Source: an uncultured Clostridia bacterium (GTDB taxonomy: Bacteria; Bacillota; Clostridia; Christensenellales; Borkfalkiaceae). Taken from it: a DNA stretch of 64,000 bases. The notes under the pieces were generated by a model. That model searched no databases. It was not told the origin of the DNA and was given only the letters and a program-made list of their open reading frames with translations. Of this stretch, positions 10,385-20,050 are shown in pieces. The DNA lies in NCBI GenBank assembly GCA_944368925.1, contig CALVXG010000012.1, positions 637-64,636 on the forward strand, read 5' to 3'. Every line of letters starts with the position of its first letter. Position 1 is the stretch's first letter. Both the position numbers and the translations under genes were made by a program.

Positions 10385-11746
10385 TCAATTTTTATTGCTG
10401 TGAATCGGCGCAGGGATCCTGCCGCCGCGTAAAATAAACCGCGAGCTGTCCGTCGTGTTGACCGGCATGATCGGAGCTCTTCCGAGCAGTCCGCCGAATT
10501 CCACCCAATCTCCGACGTCTTTCCCGGGCACGGGAATGACGCGGACAGCCGTCGTCTTGTTGTTGATCATACCGATTGCCGCTTCGTCCGCGATGATCGC
10601 GCTGATCGTCGTCGCCGGCGTTTTACCAGGGATCGCGATCATATCCAAACCGACGGAACAAACCGCCGTCATTGCTTCCAGTTTGTCGATGTGCAAAAGA
10701 CCTTTTTCCGCGGCCTGGATCATACCGATGTCCTCGCTGACGGGTATGAACGCGCCCGAAAGGCCGCCCACGTGCGAGCTTGCCATGACGCCGCCCTTTT
10801 TCACCGCATCGTTCAGCATCGCCAAGGCCGCCGTCGTGCCGTGCCCGCCGACGCATTCCAAACCGAGTTCTTCCAATATATGCGCTACCGAATCTCCCAT
10901 CACGGGCGTAGGCGCCAGCGAAAGATCCACGATACCGAATTCCGCATTCAGACGTTTTGCCGCTTCCTTCGCGATCAGCTGCCCCGCACGCGTGATCTTG
11001 AATGCCGTTCTCTTGATCATTTCCGCGGCATCGTTCAGATTCGCGTCCGGAATATTTTCCAAAGCGTGCTTTACGACGCCCGGCCCCGAAACGCCCACGT
11101 TGATGACCGTTCCGCTCTCGCCGACGCCGTGAAATGCCCCCGCCATAAACGGATTATCTTCTACGGCGTTCGCAAACACAACAAGTTTCGCGCAGCCGAG
11201 CCCGTCCTGCGCTTTAGTAAGTTCCGCCGTCTCTTTCACGACTTCGCCCATCATCTTGACGGCATCCATGTTGATGCCCGATTTGCTCGAACCGATATTC
11301 ACGGACGAACAGATGCGTTCCGTCGAAGCGAGAAGTTCCGGAATGCCTTCGATAAAGATCTTTTCGTAATCGGCCGTTCCCTTGTGGACGAGCGCCGAAT
11401 ATCCGCCGAGAAAATCGATGTCGAGTTCCTTGGCCGCCTTGTCCAGCGCCTTGCCGATCAGCCCCGCTTTGTGCGGAAACGGCGCCGCGATCAGACTCAC
11501 GGGCGTTACCGAAACGCGCTTGTTCACAATCGGGATCCCGTATTCACCCGAAAGCTGCTCCGCCACTTTGACAATGTTTTTCGCCTTTCCGCATACCGTA
11601 TCGTATACGTTCTGCGCCGTCTTTTCTGCCGTCGCTCCGATGCAGGGCAACAGGGAAATTCCCATTGTGATCGTGCGGATATCCAGATGCTCCCGCTCGA
11701 TCATATCTATGGTTTCCAGTACATCAAATTTATTAAACATAGTCAA
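10385..11746 (-). CDS. UPF0210 / DUF711 (PFL-like) family protein
   Basis: 453 aa. The N-terminus [23 protein letters not shown] is the hallmark of UPF0210 proteins, and the gene is paired with the UPF0237 ACT protein upstream. Confidence 0.85.
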   Translation of the reverse strand: MTMFNKFDVLETIDMIEREHLDIRTITMGISLLPCIGATAEKTAQNVYDTVCGKAKNIVKVAEQLSGEYGIPIVNKRVSVTPVSLIAAPFPHKAGLIGKALDKAAKELDIDFLGGYSALVHKGTADYEKIFIEGIPELLASTERICSSVNIGSSKSGINMDAVKMMGEVVKETAELTKAQDGLGCAKLVVFANAVEDNPFMAGAFHGVGESGTVINVGVSGPGVVKHALENIPDANLNDAAEMIKRTAFKITRAGQLIAKEAAKRLNAEFGIVDLSLAPTPVMGDSVAHILEELGLECVGGHGTTAALAMLNDAVKKGGVMASSHVGGLSGAFIPVSEDIGMIQAAEKGLLHIDKLEAMTAVCSVGLDMIAIPGKTPATTISAIIADEAAIGMINNKTTAVRVIPVPGKDVGDWVEFGGLLGRAPIMPVNTTDSSRFILRGGRIPAPIHSNKN

Positions 11747-11754
11747 GGCCCTTC

Positions 11755-12024
11755 TCAGATATTGTGCATCGCATTGAAAATTGCTTCATGCTGCAAGCGG
11801 ATCGACATTCCGATCTGCTGCCCGAGCTCTTCACATTCCTTTGCAAGCTCGGAAAGCTCCATCTGCAGATCGCTGATATCCACCAGCATGATCATCGCAA
11901 AATAATCCTGCAAAAGCGTCTGACTGATATCCTCGACGTTCACGCCTTTCTCCGCGAGAAATCCGCTGACTTTCGCAATGATTCCCTTTTTGTCCTTCCC
12001 TGTCACTGTTACAACTGCACGCAT
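11755..12024 (-). CDS. ACT domain protein (UPF0237)
   Basis: 89 aa. [51 protein letters not shown] matches the UPF0237 ACT family. Confidence 0.85.
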   Translation of the reverse strand: MRAVVTVTGKDKKGIIAKVSGFLAEKGVNVEDISQTLLQDYFAMIMLVDISDLQMELSELAKECEELGQQIGMSIRLQHEAIFNAMHNI

Positions 12025-12611
12025 TATTTTATCTCTCCTATCCGCAACGGTTTTCTGTTTGCATCTTCCTTCTCTTTCTCCGTCGCAAAATTCTCATCAT
12101 GTCCCACTATTTCATATTCCACAATCACATTTCCCTGCGTGAGATAACGTACCTCGTCTCCTTTTTCAAACTTCGGCAGCTCTTTCTCCTTGTCGCAGTA
12201 AATCTTTCTGTCCATATATTCCGACTTCTTCTTGCTCCATTCGGAAAAAATCAACACATAAAAATCCACTCCGTCGCGAAGTTCCGGTTCTTCGTAACGC
12301 AAAAATATGCTGTTGTTTACCTGCTTCATGCCGACAGAAATATAGCTGATCAGCCGATAGTATCTGCGCGCCCTGTGAAATTTAATTCCCATGAATACAT
12401 ACGCGAATATCACGTACAGACAGCTTACGACACTCACAATAATCTGCGGTACGGGCTGAAGCGGGTCCTCGTAGGGAAGCGACATGAAGTATACGAGACA
12501 CGCTATGCAGACAAGTGCAAAAAACACCGTCACGCCCAAAAATCCGCGCAGGATATTCCTCTGCTGTTTGTATGCCGCAATCAGATCGTTGTCTTCGAAA
12601 ACAATCGTCAT
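12024..12611 (-). CDS. hypothetical two-helix membrane protein
   Basis: I moved the start to the ATG at 12611, which is preceded by GAGAGGAGA. There are two TM helices and then a soluble C-terminal domain. Its stop overlaps the ACT gene ATG (TAATG at 12022-12026). Confidence 0.55.
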   Translation of the reverse strand: MTIVFEDNDLIAAYKQQRNILRGFLGVTVFFALVCIACLVYFMSLPYEDPLQPVPQIIVSVVSCLYVIFAYVFMGIKFHRARRYYRLISYISVGMKQVNNSIFLRYEEPELRDGVDFYVLIFSEWSKKKSEYMDRKIYCDKEKELPKFEKGDEVRYLTQGNVIVEYEIVGHDENFATEKEKEDANRKPLRIGEIK

Positions 12612-12625
12612 ATGCAATCTCCTCT

Positions 12626-13474
12626 CTATTTTGTGATAAACAAAACGCCCAGCGTGTTTCTGCCGCAATGACTCGTGATGATGCTCCCCGCCACCGTCAC
12701 GTCGATCTCTTCAAAATCAAACAGCTCCTCTACCATTGATTTTGCCAGCTCGACCAGTTCGGGATCCGCGTTGCTGTGCGTCACAAAACAGCGGCGCTTG
12801 TCGTAAGCCGGATATTCCGACACCAAATCGTTGATGTAGTTTCGTATGCACCGCGACATCTTTCCGATGTACTTCTTTTTCGGATACAGCTCCCCGTTTT
12901 TCATGTCAATCATCGGGTGAATGGATAAAACCTTCGCCCCGTAATACGAAAGCGTAGAACAGCGCCCTCCCTTATAAAGATACAAGAGCGTATCGGGCAC
13001 GAAAGAGGTATTGACCTTGTTCCGCAGCGCCATGACCGTATCATAAATTTCCTGCGCCGATTTTCCCTCGTCGCGAAGATCGCACGCTTTCATCACCAGA
13101 AGTCCCTGTCCCGTCGAAAGCGCGTACGAATCGACCACGAACACCTTTCCGTCAAACGCCTTCGCCGCGGCCGCCGCAAATCCGTACGAACCGCTCGCTT
13201 TGGATGATATGTCGAAATGAATGACCGTTTTCCCTGCATCCGTAAACTGTTTGAAAAAAGCCGTATATTCTTCTACGCTCGGCGCCGCCGTCTTCGGCAA
13301 TTCACCCGTTTCGTCGAAATGCCGAAAGATATCGGCCGGCGTTATATCGATCCCGTCCTTGTACGTGCGATCGCCCAAAATCACGCTCAGGCGCATCAGA
13401 TGAATCGAATTCTTTGCAAGCTGCTCTTCACTCAGATCGCACGTGCTGTCCGACGTAATCACAATATCGCTCAT
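12626..13474 (-). CDS. DegV family fatty-acid-binding protein
   Basis: 282 aa. The N-terminal IVITSDSTCDL and the overall pattern are typical of DegV/DUF194. Confidence 0.88.
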   Translation of the reverse strand: MSDIVITSDSTCDLSEEQLAKNSIHLMRLSVILGDRTYKDGIDITPADIFRHFDETGELPKTAAPSVEEYTAFFKQFTDAGKTVIHFDISSKASGSYGFAAAAAKAFDGKVFVVDSYALSTGQGLLVMKACDLRDEGKSAQEIYDTVMALRNKVNTSFVPDTLLYLYKGGRCSTLSYYGAKVLSIHPMIDMKNGELYPKKKYIGKMSRCIRNYINDLVSEYPAYDKRRCFVTHSNADPELVELAKSMVEELFDFEEIDVTVAGSIITSHCGRNTLGVLFITK

Positions 13475-13492
13475 ATCTTTTACCCCTTTCCG

Positions 13493-14158
13493 TTATCCGA
13501 ACTGGAAAAATCCGAAAACGGTCGTCAAAATTTTTTTATGTTTCAAAGACCAACCCGTCACGACCCCGACAATGCTGCGCATCGGAATCGGCCCGAACGA
13601 ACGGCTGTCGCTGCTCACGCTGCGGTGATCGCCCATGACGTACACCATGCCTTCCGGCACCACGATGGTTCCGTCCACGATATACTCTTCATGTGCGCCT
13701 GCTTTGGGAAGCGTCTCCGTCCAGACTTCCCCGAGATACGGTTCTTCCACGACCGAAAAGCGATCCTCTCCCGCATTCTTGCGGTACAGGACTCCGTTCT
13801 GCGCATAAAGCGCATCGCCCGGCAGACCGATCACCCTCTTGATCAGTTCGCTGTTGTTGCTGATCTCGGGCGTCGCATGAAAGACAATGATATCGCCGTG
13901 CGCGGGCGTGTCCAGCGTATTCACGAACAGATAATCGCCGCCGTGATATTTTCCGTCCGAACCCATGACGCCGCCGTATAAAGTAGGCTCCATGGAAGAG
14001 CCGTTTACCTGCACTCCGATCAGAACGTTCGTAAAAACGAAAATAAAGACCGCGAAAACCGCAAGAAGTACCGCAAAGAAACGCATGGTCGACATGGTTT
14101 CCCTCTGCGGATACCGCCGCGCTTCGATCAATTCTTTATAGTTCGTACGTTCACTCAT
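13493..14158 (-). CDS. lepB: signal peptidase I
   Basis: S26 motifs GSSMEPTL (Ser nucleophile) and GDHRSVSSDSR follow an N-terminal TM helix. I chose the ATG at 14158, which overlaps the DUF951 gene end by 8 nt. Confidence 0.85.
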   Translation of the reverse strand: MSERTNYKELIEARRYPQRETMSTMRFFAVLLAVFAVFIFVFTNVLIGVQVNGSSMEPTLYGGVMGSDGKYHGGDYLFVNTLDTPAHGDIIVFHATPEISNNSELIKRVIGLPGDALYAQNGVLYRKNAGEDRFSVVEEPYLGEVWTETLPKAGAHEEYIVDGTIVVPEGMVYVMGDHRSVSSDSRSFGPIPMRSIVGVVTGWSLKHKKILTTVFGFFQFG

Positions 14159-14336
14159 CGGATACCGCCTTCGATTTAACCGCCTTTGCAAATTCCGTAT
14201 ACGACAACATCACGACCCTGCCGCACTTATCGCATCGGATCTTATAGTCCGCACCCGTGCGGATCACCGTCCATACGTTTCCGCCGCAGGGATGCTTCTT
14301 CTTCGTGATCACTTTGTCTCCTATTGAGTATACCAT
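14151..14336 (-). CDS. DUF951 family small protein
   Basis: 61 aa. GDKVITKKKHPCGGNVWTVIRTGADYKIRCDKCGR matches the conserved DUF951 zinc-ribbon-like pattern. Confidence 0.8.
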   Translation of the reverse strand: MVYSIGDKVITKKKHPCGGNVWTVIRTGADYKIRCDKCGRVVMLSYTEFAKAVKSKAVSDE

Positions 14337-14373
14337 ATTTTTTGCCTTATAAAAAGTAAATTCGGCGAAATTT

Positions 14374-16068
14374 TTAAATCCAGAGCAAATTATTCAGACA
14401 AAATTCCCCGTCGGAAGAAAAGGAGATATACACCGCATCCGAAAACTGCACCAAAGCCTTGTTTTCCTCCGTCTTGAAATCCTTCGGCGAGAGTACGCGA
14501 TCCGCCCAATACTCACCGCCCGACAGTCTCAGATTGCAATAATATTGCTCCGAAACGCCGTTCCTGTTTGCCCGTATGCACAAGCGCAGGATATTCGGCT
14601 GTGCGCTGTATAAATCCATCTTCAAAAGCGCGTTCGTCTCCGGACGAAACCTCGGATCGCAGATCCGATACAGCCGCAAACCGTACTCAGAATAAATACC
14701 GTAAATTTTGCAAGGGCCTTCTTTAAGCGTGATGGGCGGAATACTGCTGTCAAGGAAACAATCTGCCAAAACGTTTTTGTCCAGTTTATCGAGAACAAAA
14801 CTCCCGAATTTTTCGGTGCTTCCGTACAAAATGCGGCTCTTGTCCTTCATGTTCGTATATTCTTTTTCGATCTTCTTCACGGCAATCTTGGATGAAACCG
14901 CAAACCCGCAGCTGTATTTCGCCTTCGCGAACGCAAAAACGCGCGAACTGCCTTTATAGGCATCCAGCCTGTAGATCTGCTCGTGTTCGCCTGTCTCTTT
15001 TTTAAAAGAACATAAATTCCAGTCGCGTGCGGATGAATCTGCACAGTCTTCCGCCATAAAGACGTCACAATACACCATCTCTCCGTTCCGATCGGAAGAT
15101 ATTTTCGCTACCAGCTCTCCCTCGTCCTCTTCGATGCTGATTTCCGCGGGCGAAGGGATAAAGACCTCCCTGCTTTTCAAATACTTATCGGCAAAAAGGT
15201 CAAGATCGTTCATTCCCGTATTGCCGATCCGTCCGTTGTAGCGAACTGCAAAGAAAAACGTCTTGTCCTGCTGCGGGTTGATGCGCGCAAACGTGTCAAA
15301 CGCCCTGTCCGCATCGAATTGCTCGTCGTTTGTGGAACAGAGCATCAGTACGGGACATCTGACGTACTGCGCGTACGCCTGCGAATCTACACCCGCCAAA
15401 AAACGGTAGCGCTCGTCGTCCATTTTCAGCTCGGAAGGAGTGTCGCCGAACTTGTTGATGCCGCGGTACGCCCGCCAGCCTCCCGCACAGACGGGGATCG
15501 CACAGGAGAGCCCGTCGCACGTCGCCGCAAGCTGCCAAGCGACGTCGCCGCCCGCCTTGAGCCCGATGACGCCGATCTTGGAGATCTGCGGCATCTGCCG
15601 CAGATATTGCACGCAATAGCGCGCCACCGCGACCCATTCGTACCACGAAGTTTCAACCGCCGAAGGTTCCGCGTAATCCATGTGCCTGTCGCAATGCCGA
15701 TAATTCGCATACGCGACCTCGTCGGGATACAGAGTGCATTCTTCGCCCTCTGCGTCCGTGAATCTTCCCCGGTAATCGGGCATGAGAACCGCATATCCCT
15801 TTTTAACGAACCTTTCGACAAGCGCTTCGTCCGCCGTGTGGTCGCAGTCGGGCAAAATCAAAAGTGCGGGCAGATTCGTTCCTTCCGACGGCATCCCCGA
15901 CAGGGCAAAAATTTCCACCCGCGCGCTTCCCGCCTGTCTGCCGGAAATACGAACTTTCCGAAACAGCGCCTTATCTTCCCGCCGCTCGCTCAGTATGCGC
16001 TCGTTTAAAGGCAGCGAATCGTCAAAATCGCTCCACAGCGTTATCGGTGTTAAAATTTTATTCGCCAA
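14374..16068 (-). CDS. alpha/beta-hydrolase-fold protein with a C-terminal beta-rich domain; possibly catalytically inactive
   Basis: 564 aa. The N-terminal 300 aa resemble the acetylxylan-esterase/dienelactone-hydrolase fold (PALLILPD...GYAVLMPDYRG...IGVIGLKAGGD...PVLMLCSTNDEQF). The nucleophile-elbow position reads G-L-K-A-G, with Lys rather than Ser. Confidence 0.55.
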   Translation of the reverse strand: MANKILTPITLWSDFDDSLPLNERILSERREDKALFRKVRISGRQAGSARVEIFALSGMPSEGTNLPALLILPDCDHTADEALVERFVKKGYAVLMPDYRGRFTDAEGEECTLYPDEVAYANYRHCDRHMDYAEPSAVETSWYEWVAVARYCVQYLRQMPQISKIGVIGLKAGGDVAWQLAATCDGLSCAIPVCAGGWRAYRGINKFGDTPSELKMDDERYRFLAGVDSQAYAQYVRCPVLMLCSTNDEQFDADRAFDTFARINPQQDKTFFFAVRYNGRIGNTGMNDLDLFADKYLKSREVFIPSPAEISIEEDEGELVAKISSDRNGEMVYCDVFMAEDCADSSARDWNLCSFKKETGEHEQIYRLDAYKGSSRVFAFAKAKYSCGFAVSSKIAVKKIEKEYTNMKDKSRILYGSTEKFGSFVLDKLDKNVLADCFLDSSIPPITLKEGPCKIYGIYSEYGLRLYRICDPRFRPETNALLKMDLYSAQPNILRLCIRANRNGVSEQYYCNLRLSGGEYWADRVLSPKDFKTEENKALVQFSDAVYISFSSDGEFCLNNLLWI

Positions 16069-16083
16069 AATGACCTCCCTTCC

Positions 16084-18759
16084 TCAGCAACTGATCTGGA
16101 TTTCCGAACTTCCGCCCTCCGCGGCGCCCGTTACCGTAATCTTATTGTTGATCCTGTGTTTCAGCTCTTCCACATGCGAGATAAGCCCGATGGAAAACCT
16201 GCTGTTTTTCAGCTTTTCCAGACTGTCCATCACCGTGTCGATCAGCTTTTCGTCCAACGTTCCGAACCCTTCGTCCAAAAAGAAAAATTCGATCGGACGC
16301 AGCGATTTCGCGTAGATCGCCGAACTGAGCGCCAGCGCCAACGAAAGCGAAACCAAAAACGTCTCTCCGCCCGAAAGCGTGTTGACGCTCCGCTCCTCTC
16401 CGCCGCAAAGATTATCTATGATCACAAATCCCGATTTATACCGTATAAAATAACGGCCGCCCGTCAGTTGCAAGAGCGTTTTGGACGCGGCGACGGAAAT
16501 ATCCGAAAGATATTCGCTCGCCACAAACTCCATAAACGCATTCCCGCGCACCAGATCACGCAGACGCGCGATCTTATCCAGTTCCGCCTTTTCGCTTTTC
16601 AGCTCTTTTTCCAGCTTTTTCCGCACTTGCGCCCGCTTCTCATGGTCGGATAACTGCTGCATATATACGGCCGCCTGCTTGGTCACGTCCTCTTTTTTCT
16701 GCGTAAGCTGCCGCATCTTCTGCTCGCTTTCCGCAAATTCTTCTTCCGTCACCGTTTCCGAAGCTCCGTCACCCAAAAGCTCAAGCTTTGCCTGCACTTC
16801 GTGCAGCTGCTTGAGAAACTCTTCCGCTCTGCGAAGCACCTGTTCCGCCTGCGGGATCTCCGAAAGAAGCGCCTGCGCCTCTTCCGTGTCCGAAAATCCC
16901 GAATCTTTCAGAAGCAGCCCCAGTTTATTCCGGTCTTCTTCGATGCTGCTCTCCAGACGCGAAAGCGCCGTCAGACATTTCGCCTCCTCCAGCTCGTCTT
17001 CACGCATCCTCTTTTTCAGATCTTCGCATTGCTCTGTGTAGTTTTCAAAAGACTGTTGCAAACTCTTTCTTCGCTGTTGTAAAGCCTTTTCCAGGGCGTC
17101 AAAATCCGGGACCGAATCCACGCCGAGAGCAAGGCGGATCTTTTCTTCCTGTTTTTTAACGGTTTCCGCGATCTTTTCTCCGTCCGCCTTGATGCGCGCA
17201 AGCTCCTTTTCGTACTCCTTGCACGCGCTCTCCGCTTTCGACTGCTCCATCGCCTGCGCGTTTTGCTCCGTTAAAAGCGCCTCGCGTTGTTTTTGCTGTT
17301 TTTTATATCCTTCGAGAAGCGCCGAAGCGTCCGAGGACTTTTCTTGCTTTAGTTTCGCGTCGTATTCCGCCGCCTTCTTTACCAATTCCGCGTCCACGCG
17401 TTCGAACAGTTCCCCGCCCGAAAACTCCTCGTGCAAGGCTTCCCTGCTTCTTTCAAAGTACTCTTTTGCGGAACGAAATTCATAAGCCAAAAGTGCGCTG
17501 TCCAGGCGTTCCGCAAGATATGCCTCGGGCGACTCGCTTCCTGCGGCAAGCAGTTTTTCACGAAGTTCGCGCACCCGCGCGGCACGCTCCTGCGCTCTCT
17601 TTTTCGCGTCGCCTAATTTTGCAGACACGTTTAAATATTCCTGCCGCAGAGTTTCCCTCTGCGCCGCATATTCTTTCAATAACGAAGCGTCCGACTTCGC
17701 GTAGGAAATTTTCGCAAGTTTCCCGCTCGTTTCGTCCGTATCTTTCTGATACTGCTCCGTATCGAATGAATCGATCCGTTTTTCAAGCGCCAGTCGCGTT
17801 TTCTCTCTATCCGCCGAAGCTCTCTCTTTCGCTTGCGCAACTTCCGCTTTTTCCTTTTCCTCTCGGGCGATGCGGCTGCACTGCTGTACGATCTCCCGCG
17901 CCGCGGGAACGCGCTTTGCCTTGCTCTCCGAAATTTCTATCTCCGCGCGCTTTTCCGAGAGCGCCTCCAAACGGGCAGAAAGCTGTTTTCTTTGGTTTGT
18001 ACGCTCGTACGCCGCCTTTTTCTTTTCGTGCGACGCTTTAAACTCCGTATAGGCGAGATCGAGTTCTCCCTTTTGCGCATGGAGAGCCTTTACATCGCTT
18101 TGCAGCTGCTTCAAAGTCTCATCGTCCGCATCGGCATACCCGCGAAGTTCCCCTTCCGTCCCGTCGCATAAAGATTTGACCGCCGCGTATTTTTCCTTGA
18201 TCCGTGCGTTCAACTGATCGCCGAAACGTTCCAGTCCGAACAACCTGGAAATCAACCGCAGACGCTCGCCGCGTTCCGCTTTTACAAACTGCGCAAACTC
18301 ACCCTGCGGCAGGGCGATACACTTTTTAAAATCTTCAAACGAGAGCCCAACGATCTCCTGGATCTTCGCGTTCGTGTTCTTGACCCCGTCGCTGACCGCA
18401 ATGATCCGCTTTCCGTCCAGTTCTGACAAGGTGAGCGACTGCGCCGAGTTCTTGCGCTTGATCTCCCGCTCGATGCGGTATATCTTTCTCCCGCCGTGCG
18501 TCTCCGTCTCAAAATCGAAGAGCACCGTGGCCTTTTCGCAATTATAATTGATGATCTCGTTCCCGTTACCGCCGCGGATCCTGTCCACACGCCCGTAGAG
18601 AGCAAAAATCATCGCGTCTAAAATCGTCGTCTTTCCGCTGCCCGTATCTCCGAAGATCCCGAATATTCCGCCGCTGAGCAATTTTTCAAAATCGATTTCC
18701 GCCCTTTCGGAAAAACTGTTGATCCCGCAAAAACTCAAAAACTTAGGCTTCATCGGCAT
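16084..18759 (-). CDS. sbcC: SbcC-like exonuclease ATPase subunit (SMC/Rad50-like)
   Basis: 891 aa. Walker A GDTGSGKTT, a long coiled-coil middle, signature LSGGETFLVSLSLALALS, Walker B FFFLDEGFGTLD. It overlaps the sbcD stop as in canonical sbcDC operons. Confidence 0.85.
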   Translation of the reverse strand: MPMKPKFLSFCGINSFSERAEIDFEKLLSGGIFGIFGDTGSGKTTILDAMIFALYGRVDRIRGGNGNEIINYNCEKATVLFDFETETHGGRKIYRIEREIKRKNSAQSLTLSELDGKRIIAVSDGVKNTNAKIQEIVGLSFEDFKKCIALPQGEFAQFVKAERGERLRLISRLFGLERFGDQLNARIKEKYAAVKSLCDGTEGELRGYADADDETLKQLQSDVKALHAQKGELDLAYTEFKASHEKKKAAYERTNQRKQLSARLEALSEKRAEIEISESKAKRVPAAREIVQQCSRIAREEKEKAEVAQAKERASADREKTRLALEKRIDSFDTEQYQKDTDETSGKLAKISYAKSDASLLKEYAAQRETLRQEYLNVSAKLGDAKKRAQERAARVRELREKLLAAGSESPEAYLAERLDSALLAYEFRSAKEYFERSREALHEEFSGGELFERVDAELVKKAAEYDAKLKQEKSSDASALLEGYKKQQKQREALLTEQNAQAMEQSKAESACKEYEKELARIKADGEKIAETVKKQEEKIRLALGVDSVPDFDALEKALQQRRKSLQQSFENYTEQCEDLKKRMREDELEEAKCLTALSRLESSIEEDRNKLGLLLKDSGFSDTEEAQALLSEIPQAEQVLRRAEEFLKQLHEVQAKLELLGDGASETVTEEEFAESEQKMRQLTQKKEDVTKQAAVYMQQLSDHEKRAQVRKKLEKELKSEKAELDKIARLRDLVRGNAFMEFVASEYLSDISVAASKTLLQLTGGRYFIRYKSGFVIIDNLCGGEERSVNTLSGGETFLVSLSLALALSSAIYAKSLRPIEFFFLDEGFGTLDEKLIDTVMDSLEKLKNSRFSIGLISHVEELKHRINNKITVTGAAEGGSSEIQISC

Positions 18760-19909
18760 TCTCCGTCAATGATAAAAACAATTCGGTCAGATCGTCGGAC
18801 GGCTCTTCCGAAAAAATCGACTTGTAATACGTCTTGAAAAGCTCCGATGCGGGCAGCTGCCGCAGCGACTGCACCTCCGCATTTTCGCCGCTCCCCTGCA
18901 CTTTCGGAAGCAGCACCAGAATCCCTTCGTTCGCTTCTTTCAGCTCGCGCACCTGGCTCGTCAGAAGCGGCTCGCTTAAATACATCGTCAGCTCGATATA
19001 ACAGCCCGGATATTTTTTCACGAGCGCAAGCGCGTCCGTCATGCCGTTCGCAGAAAGCCGCACCAACTGCTTTCCCGAACGAAGAGGTATTTTTTTGAGA
19101 TCGCTGACCCCGTCTTTTCCCAAATCGAATACGGTCACGCTCTTTTCCGTCCCCGCTTCGTCAAAGGAATATTGCAAAAGCGAACCGCTGTATATGACAT
19201 TATTTTTGAATTGCTGGCGCTTGTGCAGATGCCCCAGCGCCGTATAATCGGCCTTCGGAAGCACTCCGAGAGGAACGGCCCGCGCTCCGCCCAGATCGAT
19301 CTGACGCTCGCCCTCGCTCACCGCGCCGCCCGCTATAAACAAATGCGACAAAAAGACAGAGGGAAGTCCCCTTTCGTTGCATTTTTGCCCCGCATCCATC
19401 CAACGGCGCATCTTATCGAGAAAACTCTCGTCCGGATTCTTGTCTTCCTTGAGTCTCGCCTCGTTCGGATACGGCAGCACATTGATAAAAACTTCCTCTC
19501 CCGCGGCGTTTCCGATCACGATATGATTCGGCCCCGCTTCCGTTGCAAACACTTTCCGCCCGCGATGCAGGACGGGAATCCTGCCCGCATTCCCGAAGAT
19601 ATAAATGCCGAGCTCTTCCGAAAGGGAAGTTGCCGCACTTAAACGGATATTGTCGTCATGGTTGCCGCTGATCAGTACGACGCACCGATCTTCTCCCGCG
19701 ATCTTCTTGACGGCGCGGTAGAAAAGATCTTCTGCTTCCGCCGACGGCAAAAAGGTATCGAACACATCGCCCGCGACCAGAACAAGTTCAACTTTTTCGC
19801 GGTTGCAGATCTCCTCGATCTCGTTCAGCGCCGCTTCCTGTTCTTCCAGCCGTTCTCTTCCGGCTAACCGTTTTCCGATATGCCAATCGGACGTGTGCAA
19901 TACCCTCAT
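18743..19909 (-). CDS. sbcD: SbcD exonuclease (Mre11-family phosphoesterase)
   Basis: MRVLHTSDWHIGK, LVAGDVFD and GNHD are calcineurin-like phosphoesterase motifs. I moved the start to the ATG at 19909; the 26 upstream in-frame codons in the track have no RBS. Confidence 0.9.
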   Translation of the reverse strand: MRVLHTSDWHIGKRLAGRERLEEQEAALNEIEEICNREKVELVLVAGDVFDTFLPSAEAEDLFYRAVKKIAGEDRCVVLISGNHDDNIRLSAATSLSEELGIYIFGNAGRIPVLHRGRKVFATEAGPNHIVIGNAAGEEVFINVLPYPNEARLKEDKNPDESFLDKMRRWMDAGQKCNERGLPSVFLSHLFIAGGAVSEGERQIDLGGARAVPLGVLPKADYTALGHLHKRQQFKNNVIYSGSLLQYSFDEAGTEKSVTVFDLGKDGVSDLKKIPLRSGKQLVRLSANGMTDALALVKKYPGCYIELTMYLSEPLLTSQVRELKEANEGILVLLPKVQGSGENAEVQSLRQLPASELFKTYYKSIFSEEPSDDLTELFLSLTENADEA

Positions 19910-20050
19910 ACTACTCCGCGCAGGAAAAAATCTGAAAAGAAAAATTTTGCCCGCTTTCGGACGCAAATAATCTTGATTTCCCGACAAATAATTTATATAA
20001 TAGTATAGCGCATCTTACCAAATAAATCAAGCGTTGCGCGGAGTTTGCTC

